Origin: a virus | Virus genome (UHGV): UHGV-2025275 | DNA length: 64,000 nt | Strand: one strand, 5' to 3' | Shown: positions 27,708 through 37,505 of the stretch, piece after piece | Layout: each line of letters starts with the position of its first letter | Position numbering within the stretch: position 1 is the stretch's first letter | Notes under the pieces: generated by a model | Told to the model about the DNA's origin: nothing | Databases searched by the model: none | Seen by the model: only the letters and a program-made list of their open reading frames with translations | Made by a program: the position numbers and the translations under genes

Positions 27708-28265
27708 TCAGGCGCTTTCGAATGGGAGTTCGAAGAAGCCGTATTTCTCTCGGGCTTTGAAGAAACACTGCATCATCAGGTCAGTATCGTAGAGAGCGCT
27801 GTGGGCCTTCTCACGGTCGTAAGTGAACCCAAGTGAGAACGCCAGCTCTTCCAGGCGTGGGCGCTTCCCATCCTCGGTAGCCCACAAGCCATCCAGCATG
27901 GAGTCAACCAGAGGGATATCTGGCAATTTCACCCCATAGCTACCGAACTCGTGGCGAATGAACGGAAGGTCAAAAGCCTCTCCGTTATGGGCGACTAACG
28001 CGCTACATGCGCCCATGTACGCAGCAATCTTGCCTGCGTGGTCAGCCAGTAGCGGTTCCGTCGCCAGATCTTCCAGTGAAATGCCATGCACTGCCTGCGC
28101 CTTCGGATCGATACTGCGACGCGGGTTGAAGCGCATCTCAAGGCTGTCGATGTGCTTCTGGGTTTCCAGTTCATAACGGGTTATCGCGATTTCGATAATT
28201 TTGTGGCCGGATGTGAAGTCCAGCCCTGTGGACTCAATATCGACGCCACCGACAATCGTGGTCAT
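27708..28265 (-). CDS. DnaQ-like DEDD 3'-5' exonuclease (T4 DexA-like)
   Basis: VDIESTGLD (Exo I), HNGEAFDLPF (Exo II-like) and a C-terminal YDTDL-like Exo III motif. Confidence 0.6.
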   Translation of the reverse strand: MTTIVGGVDIESTGLDFTSGHKIIEIAITRYELETQKHIDSLEMRFNPRRSIDPKAQAVHGISLEDLATEPLLADHAGKIAAYMGACSALVAHNGEAFDLPFIRHEFGSYGVKLPDIPLVDSMLDGLWATEDGKRPRLEELAFSLGFTYDREKAHSALYDTDLMMQCFFKAREKYGFFELPFESA

Positions 28266-28274
28266 TGGTACTCC

Positions 28275-28694
28275 TTACAGCTTCTTCGCGCCTTTCAGCA
28301 GTGCGCCACGCACAAACTGAGCAGCCTTTTTCAGTGCGTCCTCGCCACTTTCGCAGACGACCGGCTCGCGCCATTCGCCCGTTGATGTGTTGAGGATCTG
28401 GATTTGGTTGGTCTCCAGGCAGACGGACACGTACAAAACCGTACCGCCTGAGAGTTTGAGGTGCATAGGAAACAGAGGGCGCTTGGTGCCGCCATTGAAC
28501 TGCGACATCGCCACATTGATGGCTTCGCCAACCTCTTCCCCAACAAGCCCTTGAACGGACTCAAACACTGCGCGGATAGCCAGACGTGCTTCACGTTCAC
28601 TCATCAAAGAGCGGGATTGTTCGTCAGCAATGCGGATCAGTGCTTCAATCGCTTTACGATCTAATTCATCCGAGAGGGGAAGTTCATCTATCAT
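28275..28694 (-). CDS. hypothetical protein
   Basis: 139 aa ORF between the exonuclease and kinase genes. Confidence 0.4.
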   Translation of the reverse strand: MIDELPLSDELDRKAIEALIRIADEQSRSLMSEREARLAIRAVFESVQGLVGEEVGEAINVAMSQFNGGTKRPLFPMHLKLSGGTVLYVSVCLETNQIQILNTSTGEWREPVVCESGEDALKKAAQFVRGALLKGAKKL

Positions 28695-28757
28695 TCTGTT
28701 TTTCCTCGATTCATTTCGCGTGTCTTATTGTCACACTGCCCAACAGGGGAGCAATAT

Positions 28758-29402
28758 TCAGTGGAAGGTCACTCGTCCTGTTATACGGCGCTCGATGTTT
28801 TCAGCGGCTCTGTCCAGCACTCGCAATACCGATCTGGCTCGCGCTTCAACCGTGCGGCACTTTTCAGAGATAACGAACACCTGCAGATCGCCGGTTTGGG
28901 GAAGCGTGTTGATTTTCGTCAGCTCACCGCACATAAGTGCATCGATGCGAGCAACATAGAGACGGTCAAGCGATCCTCGCTGGGGACGCGCGAGATCTTT
29001 GCTGGAAAGCTCAACGCCCGGGCGAAGACCCGCGATAGCATTGAAGTTGGAAATGGCCGCTTTGTGGCAAAACTGCTCAATGTCGAGAGCCAGCTCGATG
29101 CAGCGGTCTTCGTTGGTCTGGCCGACCAGGTCAAGCGTATAAGCCATGACATCGGCTGGCGTGCGGTCGATAACAAAACCTTCAACGCCGCGGGTGATCA
29201 TCTCGATATGTCTGGCAATCTCCATCTGAACCTGAAGACGTTCGTAAAGGGGCAAACGCTCGCCAACCTTCACCCCCAGACTGCTCATCAGCTTGCCAAC
29301 GCCGGCATCCACATACGGAATGCCATAATGCGCATCGATGTATTTTGCCAGGGTTGTTTTTCCACTGCCCTGTGCGCCAGTGATTCCAATCCGGTAATCC
29401 AT
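28758..29402 (-). CDS. P-loop deoxynucleoside monophosphate kinase-like protein
   Basis: N-terminal GITGAQGSGKTTLAKYI P-loop. ~214 aa. Sits within the dNTP-synthesis gene block. Confidence 0.5.
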   Translation of the reverse strand: MDYRIGITGAQGSGKTTLAKYIDAHYGIPYVDAGVGKLMSSLGVKVGERLPLYERLQVQMEIARHIEMITRGVEGFVIDRTPADVMAYTLDLVGQTNEDRCIELALDIEQFCHKAAISNFNAIAGLRPGVELSSKDLARPQRGSLDRLYVARIDALMCGELTKINTLPQTGDLQVFVISEKCRTVEARARSVLRVLDRAAENIERRITGRVTFH

Positions 29403-29878
29403 TACGACCTTCTGTATACGATCTGCAAAAAGCCAGGCTCATCCTCATTTGCACGTTGGGTATAAGCCGTTTCGACTGGTACGAACCCTAAAGAACGCAT
29501 CATTGGCGCCGGGAAGAACGCATCCGCGCCCGGCACATCCACGCCAATATGCGACAGCCAGATCTCTTCTACGTGTGGCATAAAGAGCGAGTAAATCTGC
29601 CCGCCACCAATCACCCAGACCGGATCTGGTAGTCTCAAAACGTCATCGATGCCAGCGGGGTAGAACCCATTGGGGATATAGCCACGAGAGCGCGTCAAAA
29701 CGAGGTTATGGCGCTCTGGCAGCGGGCGCTTGAGACTTTCCATCGTCTTACGTCCCATCACGACAGTGGCGTTTTTGGTGAGTTGTTTGAACAGTTTCAG
29801 ATCGGTCGGGCAACGCCAGGGAAGTTCGTTGCCAATGCCGATTTCATAGTTGCGGCCGACACCTGCAATCATCTTCAT
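29402..29878 (-). CDS. folA: dihydrofolate reductase
   Basis: MKMIAGVGRNYEIGIGNELPWRCPTDLKLFKQLTKNATVVMGRKTMESL is the canonical DHFR N-terminus. 158 aa. Confidence 0.8.
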   Translation of the reverse strand: MKMIAGVGRNYEIGIGNELPWRCPTDLKLFKQLTKNATVVMGRKTMESLKRPLPERHNLVLTRSRGYIPNGFYPAGIDDVLRLPDPVWVIGGGQIYSLFMPHVEEIWLSHIGVDVPGADAFFPAPMMRSLGFVPVETAYTQRANEDEPGFLQIVYRRS

Positions 29879-30288
29879 TGGCTTACCTCATAGATGGTTG
29901 GTCGCTGGTGAGAATCTGCCAGCGCAGAACGCAGACGCGGATCATGAACCAGTGCGGCGATAAGTAAGTCGCCTTTGTGCTCTGCCAGCGTGCGCTTGAT
30001 ATGGGTTTCAAAACTGACACCGCGCGGAACTAGGTGGAGCCAGTCATAATCAATGCCGAAGTCCTTCAGCCAGCGTTTGGTTGGGCCTTCGAGCGCTTCC
30101 GGACGACTACTGATAAGCACCACTTCAGCACCGGAGCGAGCAAAACCACGCAACATGCGGCTGGTGGGAAAGATGAGTTCATCACCGGCAATGAGAGCGC
30201 CTGCATCCGCATCAGGCACTGCTTTGCGATGGCTGGCTCTCGCCAGCACACCCTCAATTTCACACAACACATACATCCCTCTGGCCAT
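29875..30288 (-). CDS. hypothetical protein, translationally coupled to thyA
   Basis: Start probably an internal ATG around 30288 (ORF track 30399 would overlap thyA). No convincing HAD motif. Confidence 0.3.
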   Translation of the reverse strand: MARGMYVLCEIEGVLARASHRKAVPDADAGALIAGDELIFPTSRMLRGFARSGAEVVLISSRPEALEGPTKRWLKDFGIDYDWLHLVPRGVSFETHIKRTLAEHKGDLLIAALVHDPRLRSALADSHQRPTIYEVSQ

Positions 30289-30289
30289 A

Positions 30290-31405
30290 TCACACCGCCA
30301 CTGGAACCTTGATCCACGGAAGAGGGCTGTAGCCGCACACCTGCACGCCTTCCCATTTGAAGTCGTCCAGTTCGGCCCATTCATGCGGGAAGATGACAAC
30401 CGGGTCGGACTCTTTGGGCGGCTCGCGCTTCATCAGTTCCTCAACGCCTTCCATGTGGTTGTCGTAGAGATGAACGTCAAAGCCAAAATGCACGAATGCG
30501 CCAGCCATATGGCCGGTGATCTTCGCGAGGAAGTGGGTGAGAATGCCGTAACCGGCGATGTTGAACGGCATACCAACAAAGGTATCGACGCTGCGTTGAA
30601 CCAGGCATGAGTTCAGAATGCGTTTCGGGATGCCCAGCTCGTCCAGCATGTTCTCAGTAATGCCACCATCTCTTTCCAGAAGACACAGCATCTGGGTGTA
30701 AATGGACTCGTGGCCGTGGCGGTTGTGCTGGATGCCAATGTCGGTGGCCATAGTCAGTCGGGTCTCAAAGTCCAGCTCGCGACTCCACAGTGAAAACACG
30801 AAATGGCATGGCGGCAGCTTCATATCTTCCAGTTCGCCAACATTCCAGGCATTCAGCAGGATGCGACGATCTGTCGGGTTGGTGCGAAGCGTGTGAACGA
30901 TACGCTGTAGCTGGTCGATTTCACGGGACAACACAACGCGATCTTCACTTACGCCCAGATACCCCTCGACCTTGTACCCGCGCTCACGGAACGTGTCGAT
31001 TTTGCTCAAATACTCGCTATGGCTCACGATGCGGGTATCTTCCCACCGACGCCATTGTTTGCCATAGACCGGGCCTAAATCGCCATTTTCATCAGCCCAG
31101 GCATCCCAGATTTTGACGCCATTGTCTTTCAGGAACTGGATGTTGCCCGTTCCTTTGAGATACCACTCCAGCTCAATCAGTAACGACTTCAGGTTGACGG
31201 CTTTTCCGGAGATAAGTGGAACAGAGCCGCCCGTCAGCATGTAGTAGGAAGGGACATATGAAACGCTTTTTGTGCCGGTTCCGGTGCGATCACCCGCGTG
31301 AACGCCAGTGTTGAGCACCGTTTCAACCACTTTGGCATACGAACCACTGGCAAACTGACCGTTCGTAAAGTCTCGATTCAGTAGGGTAGACAAAATCAAC
31401 CTCAC
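30290..31405 (-). CDS. thyA: thymidylate synthase family protein (ThyA-like, 371 aa with insertions)
   Basis: DRTGTGT. LLIELEWYLKGTGN. Catalytic PPCH. QRSVDTFVGMPFNIAGY. DVHLYDNHM (Asn retained, so dUMP-specific). C-terminal IKVPVAV. Confidence 0.8.
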   Translation of the reverse strand: MRLILSTLLNRDFTNGQFASGSYAKVVETVLNTGVHAGDRTGTGTKSVSYVPSYYMLTGGSVPLISGKAVNLKSLLIELEWYLKGTGNIQFLKDNGVKIWDAWADENGDLGPVYGKQWRRWEDTRIVSHSEYLSKIDTFRERGYKVEGYLGVSEDRVVLSREIDQLQRIVHTLRTNPTDRRILLNAWNVGELEDMKLPPCHFVFSLWSRELDFETRLTMATDIGIQHNRHGHESIYTQMLCLLERDGGITENMLDELGIPKRILNSCLVQRSVDTFVGMPFNIAGYGILTHFLAKITGHMAGAFVHFGFDVHLYDNHMEGVEELMKREPPKESDPVVIFPHEWAELDDFKWEGVQVCGYSPLPWIKVPVAV

Positions 31406-31477
31406 ACAAGATAAGTAAGTACATACATATTATTTTATACAAGTTTATCTGTCAGAAGTGTGTAAGGCTAGGAGGGG

Positions 31478-31511
31478 AGTAAAAAAAATGGTGGCTCTTA
31501 GGCCACCATTG
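31478..31511 (-). terminator. rho-independent terminator (minus strand) after the MazG-like gene
   Basis: AATGGTGGCctaagaGCCACCATT followed by TTTTTTTT on the minus strand. Confidence 0.65.
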
Positions 31512-31582
31512 CAATGAGCAATTAAGAACTTGGACAATAAAACACGCCCAGGCAATATATAATGATAAGTAGATACTTACAA

Positions 31583-32452
31583 TTATTTTTTTACCATCTC
31601 GTAAAGAGATGAGGCTTTCGCCTTCTCAACAAAGCGAGTCAGATCCACATCGCTGTAGGTTGGGGATTTGAGGATCTTGCCATCAGAAACTCTGAAGCCA
31701 ATCATCATGTCAGTCCCTTCAGCGTGGCGGAAGCCCAGATCTTCCTTGTCGTATTTGCAATTCTCTACCGCCACACGACGCTCTTCGGCGTCAGCCGGCC
31801 ACAGCTTGGTCATGTTGGAACGATGGATTTCTGCCACCAGCTCAACAATATCGATACCGAGAAAATCAGCCAGGCGGTAGGTCATCATGCAGGCAACGTA
31901 GATTTTATTCATCACGCGGCGCAGCTCCTGCACCAATTCGGAATCGCTAATCGGCTTCGCTTCGAGTTTGTCAGCCAGCGCATTCAGCATTAATGCAGCT
32001 TCTTTTGCTTCTTCAAACGGGATGGCCATGTCGTCAAAGACCGTGTTGCCTGGAACCATGATGGTGTGGATGAAGCGATCAACACTCTGCTCTTGGGTGT
32101 AGTAGCTCATACCTGTAGAGATACCGCCTTTGATGGCCACCATTGTGCCGACGCCCACGTAAAGGAAGTCAGCCATCGCGTCCAGCAGTGCCGTGATATC
32201 CCCATTTTTGGCTGCCGGGATGCCCTCGGTAACTGCTTCTTCGTGGATCAGCTTGGCACGCAGACGCAGTAATGCCGGATCTGGAATGGCACGGCGTGGG
32301 TGCTGAAACAGTGTGTGGAACTGGTCAACCATCAAGTAGATGCTTTCCGTTGCCTTGCCAAAACCAGGATTCAACTCGTAAGGCTCAGGCTTAAATCCCA
32401 CGAGTTTGTCTGCGGCAAGTTTCAGATGATCGGTCAGTTTCGTAAATTTCAT
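31583..32452 (-). CDS. MazG/HisE-like all-alpha NTP pyrophosphohydrolase (putative dNTP-pool enzyme)
   Basis: EAVTEGIPAAKNGD...LDAMADFLYVGVG resembles MazG EExxE/D motifs. Start at ATG 32452 with RBS AAGGAAAGAAAG. Confidence 0.4.
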   Translation of the reverse strand: MKFTKLTDHLKLAADKLVGFKPEPYELNPGFGKATESIYLMVDQFHTLFQHPRRAIPDPALLRLRAKLIHEEAVTEGIPAAKNGDITALLDAMADFLYVGVGTMVAIKGGISTGMSYYTQEQSVDRFIHTIMVPGNTVFDDMAIPFEEAKEAALMLNALADKLEAKPISDSELVQELRRVMNKIYVACMMTYRLADFLGIDIVELVAEIHRSNMTKLWPADAEERRVAVENCKYDKEDLGFRHAEGTDMMIGFRVSDGKILKSPTYSDVDLTRFVEKAKASSLYEMVKK

Positions 32453-32534
32453 GTCTTCTTTCTTTCCTTTGGACTTCATTTGATGCGTCAATTGTGACCC
32501 AGCAGCGCCAGGCCACAAAGTGGTTAAACTCGGC

Positions 32535-33677
32535 TTAAAGGTCTGCGAACTGGCTCAGTCCGGAGCGATCGACAGCGGAATCAATCTGGCCGACGAGGTA
32601 GTTGCTTTGTTCAGCTTCCTGCGGAGCTATCTGCAGGGTGTCTGACAGCAGCCATTTGTTCATCCATACCAGTGGATCGTCTTTAATTTCCGGGAACAGC
32701 GGTCGCAGCCCCAGACGACGCATTGCCAGGTTGGTGCGGTATTTCACATAGCTTTTGAGGATGTCGGCATTCAAGCCAATCATTGAGCCGTCTTTAAACA
32801 GATAGTCAGCCCAGCGCATTTCCTGTCCGGCCACGTCCATCATGGTCTGATAGATGAAGCTCTCTTCTTCTGCGGCAATCATCTTCCACATCAGACCTTC
32901 ACGACCGGTACGCATAAAGCGGATCATGCGTTCAGTACCTTCGCAATGCAGAGCCTCGTCGCGCGCGATAAAGCGCATGATCTTCGTGTTGCCCTCCAGC
33001 AGCTTCCGCTCACCAAAGGCGAACGTACACGCAAAGCTCACGTAGAAGCGAATCGCCTCCAGTGCATTCACCGACACCAGTGTTCGGAACAGCTGGCGCT
33101 GGAGAGGGTAGGGCTTGCCATCAAACTCGCTGACATACAGCCGTTCAAATTCGTCTTCGCCAAGATGCTGGCGAGCGCAGGTCATTTCGTACAGTCTGTC
33201 ATATTCGCTTGAGATGCTTACAGCCCGGCTGATGATCTCTTCGTCCGTGACGATGCCGTCGAAAACGATGCTCGGGTCATCCACCATACCGCGGATAATG
33301 TGCGTATAGCTGCGGCTGTGAATCGTCTCGGAGAACGACCAGGTCTCGACCCATGTCTCCAGCTCAGGAATGGAGATCAGCGGCAGCAGTGTTGCGTTAG
33401 GACTGCGACCCTGAACGGAATCCAACAGCGTCTGGTAACGCAGGTTGCTCAGGAAAATATGGCGCTCGTGCTCTTGCAGCTTGGTATTGAAGTCGATGCG
33501 GTCAGTGGTAATGTCGACTTCTTCAGGGCGCCAGAAGAACGAAAGTTGTTTCTCAATCAGCTTTTCGAAGTCACGGTACTTTTGCTGATCGTAGCGTGCT
33601 ACGTTGACAGATTGGCCGAGGAACATAGGTTCCTTCGTTGCGTCGTTAGCGCCCAAACGGAAAGTAGAATAAGTCAT
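32535..33677 (-). CDS. nrdB: ribonucleoside-diphosphate reductase class Ia beta subunit
   Basis: 380 aa. Diferric-tyrosyl ligand motifs (EALHCEG..., FAFGER). Adjacent to nrdA. Confidence 0.85.
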   Translation of the reverse strand: MTYSTFRLGANDATKEPMFLGQSVNVARYDQQKYRDFEKLIEKQLSFFWRPEEVDITTDRIDFNTKLQEHERHIFLSNLRYQTLLDSVQGRSPNATLLPLISIPELETWVETWSFSETIHSRSYTHIIRGMVDDPSIVFDGIVTDEEIISRAVSISSEYDRLYEMTCARQHLGEDEFERLYVSEFDGKPYPLQRQLFRTLVSVNALEAIRFYVSFACTFAFGERKLLEGNTKIMRFIARDEALHCEGTERMIRFMRTGREGLMWKMIAAEEESFIYQTMMDVAGQEMRWADYLFKDGSMIGLNADILKSYVKYRTNLAMRRLGLRPLFPEIKDDPLVWMNKWLLSDTLQIAPQEAEQSNYLVGQIDSAVDRSGLSQFADL

Positions 33678-33706
33678 GTGTTTCCCTCTGAATGTTATCG
33701 AGTTGC

Positions 33707-33740
33707 TTTAAACAAATTGTTATCTTATTGGTTTAAACAA
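33707..33740 (-). promoter_or_regulatory. class-1 promoter/operator-like motif upstream of nrdB
   Basis: TTTAAACAAATTGTTATCTTATTGGTTTAAACAA. Confidence 0.45.
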
Positions 33741-33784
33741 GGTGCTCAACTCAAGGAAAAGGTGGGGATTTCTCCCCACGCTCA

Positions 33785-36100
33785 TCAGATTTTGCACGCG
33801 CCATCGCACTCATCTTCTGGCTCAACAACCTCCGCAACTGAAGGTTCGGACACCTGATCGTCGTCGTCACGCTTACCAGCGCCATCACGCGTGTTGTGGT
33901 AATAAAGCGTCTTCACACCTTGCTGATACGCAAACAGCAGATCTTCCAGCAGCTTCATCATTGGAACCTTGTCGCCAGGGAAGCGAGTCGGGTCGTAGTT
34001 GGTGTTCGCAGAGATGGCCTGATCGAAGAACTTCTGAATGATGGCCACCTTAGTCAGATAGCCGCGGTTATCCGGCATATCCCACAGGTACTCGTACTGG
34101 TCTTTCAGTTGCGCGAAGTCCGGAACGACCATCTTCACGATGCCGTCTTTGGAAGACTTCACGGACACCGGGCCGCGGGGCGGCTCAATACCATTGGTGG
34201 AGTTGGTGATCTGGCTGGACGTCTCACACGGCATTTGAGCGGTCAGAGTGGAGTTACGCAGACCATGCTCACGGATACGGCCACGCAGCTCTTCCCACGG
34301 CATTTTCAGCTCGAAAGAGGTCTCCGGGTTGGTATCCAGTGTTTTGCGATAGTGGTCGACTGGCAGCTGGCTCTGTGCGTATTTGGTGTGGGAGAACCAG
34401 TCACATGCACCCTTCGCTTCGGCCAGTCGGCAGCTCGCATCGAGCAAGTAGTACTGAATGGCTTCGAAGGTCTCATGCACCAGCTGGTTGCCTGCAGCGT
34501 CAGAGTAGTTAAAACCATTCTTCGCCAGATAGTAGGCAAAGTTTGTCACGCCAATACCCAGACTACGACGAGCTTTAGCCGGGATTTCTGCAGCAGCCAT
34601 CGGGTAGTCCTGATAGTCGAGCAGAGAGTCCAGTGCCGCCACAGCGTAAAACGCCACGTCTTTCAGTGAGTCCAGCGTGCGGATCGCGCCCAGGTTGAAC
34701 GCAGACAGAGTGCAAAGCGCGATTTCCCCGTTCGGATCGTCAGTGAACGCCAGTGGCTTGGTCGGTAGCGTGATCTCCATACAGAGATTGGACTGGTGTA
34801 CCGGTGCAATTTCCGGAACGAATGCGCCGTGATCGTTCATGTGGTCGACGTTGGCAATGTAAACGCGACCAGTAGAGGCACGCTCCTGCATCAGCGTAGA
34901 GAACAGGTCGACGGCCGGGATAGATTTCTTACGAATGCTCTCGTCGGCTTCGTACTTCAGGTACAGCTCTTCGAACTTGTCCTGATCAACAAAGAACGCG
35001 TCGTACAGGCCCGGCACATCGTGTGGGCTGAACAGCGTAATATTTTCGTTGCGCACCAGGCGGCGATACATCAGACGGTTAATCATCACGCCATAGTCGA
35101 GATGACGAACGCGGTTCTCTTCAATGCCACGGTTGTTTTTCAGTACCAGCAGACTTTCAACTTCCAAGTGCCAGATCGGATAGAACGCTGTAGCAGCGCC
35201 GCCGCGAACACCGCCCTGAGAGCAGGATTTCACAGCTGTCTGGAAGTGTTTCAGGAATGGAATAACGCCAGTGTGGGTGGCCTCGCCATTGCGGATCTCA
35301 CTTCCCAGCGCACGCAGACGCCCAAAGCCAATACCAATGCCCGCGCGACGTGACACGTAGTCAATGATTGCGGAAGACGCAGCGCTAATCCCTTTCAGAC
35401 TATCAGCTGCTTCAATCAGCACGCAGCTGGAGAACTGGCGAGTAGGGGTGCGCACGCCGGCCATAATTGGCGTTGGCAGAGACAGCTTGAATGTACTGGT
35501 CACATCGTAGAAGCCTTTGACCATCTCCAGACGCGTCTTACCGGCGCAGCCATCTTCCCAATTCTGGAACAGGCACATGCCGACCAGCATGTAGAGTTGC
35601 TGTGGCCCTTCGTAGATAGCGCCAGTTACTCGGTTTTGAACGAGATACTTGCTCGCCAGCTGCACGGTGGCGGCATAGCCGAAGTATTCGTCGCGCTTAG
35701 GCTTGATGTACACGCCCAGCTCGGCAATTTCTTCCTGAGAGTAGTACTTGAGAAGGTCTTCATCGTAAACGCCACGACTGACGTTGCTGACGATGTGATT
35801 GTAGAAATTCGGGTAGTCATACTGGCCGAAGGCGTCCTTGCGGATCTTGAACAGGCTCAGTCGCGCGGCAACCTGCGAGTAGTTCGGGGTTTCCGGAGAG
35901 ATCAGATCGGCAGCGGACTTTACCAGCGCTTCATGCAGCTGGCAGGTGGTCATTCCGTCGAAAATGCTGGCAGCAGCGCCCATAGCGACAGCAGACGCGC
36001 TAACGTTGCGAATGTTTTCGACTCCCCACATCACAACGCGGTTGTATTTTTCCTCTGACAACGGCTCAGTGGAACCGTTACGTTTTACGATGCTTATCAT
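33785..36100 (-). CDS. nrdA: ribonucleoside-diphosphate reductase class Ia alpha subunit with ATP cone
   Basis: 771 aa. N-terminal ATP-cone (IVKRNGSTEPLSEEKYNRVV). Active-site region and C-terminal ...CDGACKI tail. Confidence 0.9.
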   Translation of the reverse strand: MISIVKRNGSTEPLSEEKYNRVVMWGVENIRNVSASAVAMGAAASIFDGMTTCQLHEALVKSAADLISPETPNYSQVAARLSLFKIRKDAFGQYDYPNFYNHIVSNVSRGVYDEDLLKYYSQEEIAELGVYIKPKRDEYFGYAATVQLASKYLVQNRVTGAIYEGPQQLYMLVGMCLFQNWEDGCAGKTRLEMVKGFYDVTSTFKLSLPTPIMAGVRTPTRQFSSCVLIEAADSLKGISAASSAIIDYVSRRAGIGIGFGRLRALGSEIRNGEATHTGVIPFLKHFQTAVKSCSQGGVRGGAATAFYPIWHLEVESLLVLKNNRGIEENRVRHLDYGVMINRLMYRRLVRNENITLFSPHDVPGLYDAFFVDQDKFEELYLKYEADESIRKKSIPAVDLFSTLMQERASTGRVYIANVDHMNDHGAFVPEIAPVHQSNLCMEITLPTKPLAFTDDPNGEIALCTLSAFNLGAIRTLDSLKDVAFYAVAALDSLLDYQDYPMAAAEIPAKARRSLGIGVTNFAYYLAKNGFNYSDAAGNQLVHETFEAIQYYLLDASCRLAEAKGACDWFSHTKYAQSQLPVDHYRKTLDTNPETSFELKMPWEELRGRIREHGLRNSTLTAQMPCETSSQITNSTNGIEPPRGPVSVKSSKDGIVKMVVPDFAQLKDQYEYLWDMPDNRGYLTKVAIIQKFFDQAISANTNYDPTRFPGDKVPMMKLLEDLLFAYQQGVKTLYYHNTRDGAGKRDDDDQVSEPSVAEVVEPEDECDGACKI

Positions 36101-36147
36101 GTATCACCCAATAAAAAAGGCCACTAAATATAGTGACCTCATGTTAA

Positions 36148-36168
36148 TAGATAAGTACTTACCTATCA
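36148..36168. repeat. class-2 palindromic motif TAGATAAGTACTTACCTATCA
   Basis: Located ~50 nt upstream of the nrdA start codon. Confidence 0.55.
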
Positions 36169-36177
36169 ATTACCGAC

Positions 36178-36747
36178 TTATAAAATTCCTGCAAGAACAT
36201 CGCGAACCTGACGGAATTGATCTGTTTGCATACCGGTGTAAATCGACGCGACAGCGTCCGCAAGGTGCTCGTTTTTATTCACCAGCACTTCCTTACCAGA
36301 TTGCTTACGGCGCAACCACGGGGCGTTTGGCTGCTTCTGCGTAGCCCACTGAATGATCTCTTCCTTCGACGTGGTCAGCTTATTCCCGACATAGTGCTTA
36401 ATCTCGTTTGGCGTGACCTGTATCAGTGGCTTATCCACGCACGCCAGTACGCCAATACAGATGCCGTATGAGGTCTGAGAGCGACTCGATTGGCTACCAA
36501 CCGGCAATTCGCAAAACACCATATGAGCCTGCTCGATTATGGGCTTGGCGGTACGCCAGATTTCATTAGCGCGGCGCAGATCGTCGCTGTTTACGCGAAC
36601 AGTCTTCTTGTTGCCGCCAGCTTTGGTTTCCACCAATGTCAGGCCATGAATGTCCAGCTTATCCGTTTCCAGATCCAGCGTGCCAATCGCCAGGCCAAAG
36701 TTGCTCATTGAAGGGTCGACGCCGACCACACGAATGGTTTTACTCAT
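36178..36747 (-). CDS. RuvC-like Holliday junction resolvase
   Basis: IRVVGVDPSMSNFGLAIG N-terminal RuvC motif. Start at ATG 36747 with RBS AAGGAGACC. Confidence 0.5.
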   Translation of the reverse strand: MSKTIRVVGVDPSMSNFGLAIGTLDLETDKLDIHGLTLVETKAGGNKKTVRVNSDDLRRANEIWRTAKPIIEQAHMVFCELPVGSQSSRSQTSYGICIGVLACVDKPLIQVTPNEIKHYVGNKLTTSKEEIIQWATQKQPNAPWLRRKQSGKEVLVNKNEHLADAVASIYTGMQTDQFRQVRDVLAGIL

Positions 36748-36758
36748 TTTTGGTCTCC

Positions 36759-37505
36759 TTACCACGTAGCCCAGGTTGGGCATTCCATTAGTTTCTGTTC
36801 AAGTGTCTTTTCCGGCTCGCGAGTTGGCGGCTTCGGAATGTCGCTAACAACGTGAATGCTATCGTTGGTTAGAACGCCTGCAGCAATGTCTGCATCGATC
36901 ATGCTCTGGCCGATGAAATGCCGCATGATGTCGATCAGATGGCGTGCAGCCGTTTCATTCGCGCTGAATACATGGGGGAGAAGTACTTCAATAATCGCTA
37001 CTTCACATCCCTCCTCGTAAAAGCAGAGTTTCGCCCGCTTTGAAATTGGCGCGTGTCGGTCATAGTCAACAGAGAAGCTGGCGAAAGCAGCACCCGGCAT
37101 TGCAACGTGATCCGCGCGTGCGTTAGCGTGTCGAATCAGATTAGTGAATGCGGTGCTGATGTGCGTCTCCATCGCATTGAAGAGCGCATTTTCTTGGATG
37201 TTCAGCGTTCCGGTTTCAGGAATCACAACGAACCCCGGCCCAGAATGTGGGAGATATCCACCTTCCGTAAATGGATTAATAAGGATCGGCGCAGTGCTTC
37301 CTGACGGCAGCATAGACAAACTCGGCATCAACGGAGTCGATGACAACAGACTGGTTAATACCGAGAACTGGTCGTCATTGATGTTTTCGTTTTTCCACAA
37401 AAGTGCAGGCGCAGCTGCTTTTGCCGTATGGTGGTTTATCAGCTTTATAGACTGCATCACGGCAAACATCTGCAAAAACTGCGTTCGGCTCAAGTTAAAC
37501 GACAT
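36759..37505 (-). CDS. hypothetical protein
   Basis: 248 aa ORF between sbcC-like and ruvC-like genes. Confidence 0.4.
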   Translation of the reverse strand: MSFNLSRTQFLQMFAVMQSIKLINHHTAKAAAPALLWKNENINDDQFSVLTSLLSSTPLMPSLSMLPSGSTAPILINPFTEGGYLPHSGPGFVVIPETGTLNIQENALFNAMETHISTAFTNLIRHANARADHVAMPGAAFASFSVDYDRHAPISKRAKLCFYEEGCEVAIIEVLLPHVFSANETAARHLIDIMRHFIGQSMIDADIAAGVLTNDSIHVVSDIPKPPTREPEKTLEQKLMECPTWATW

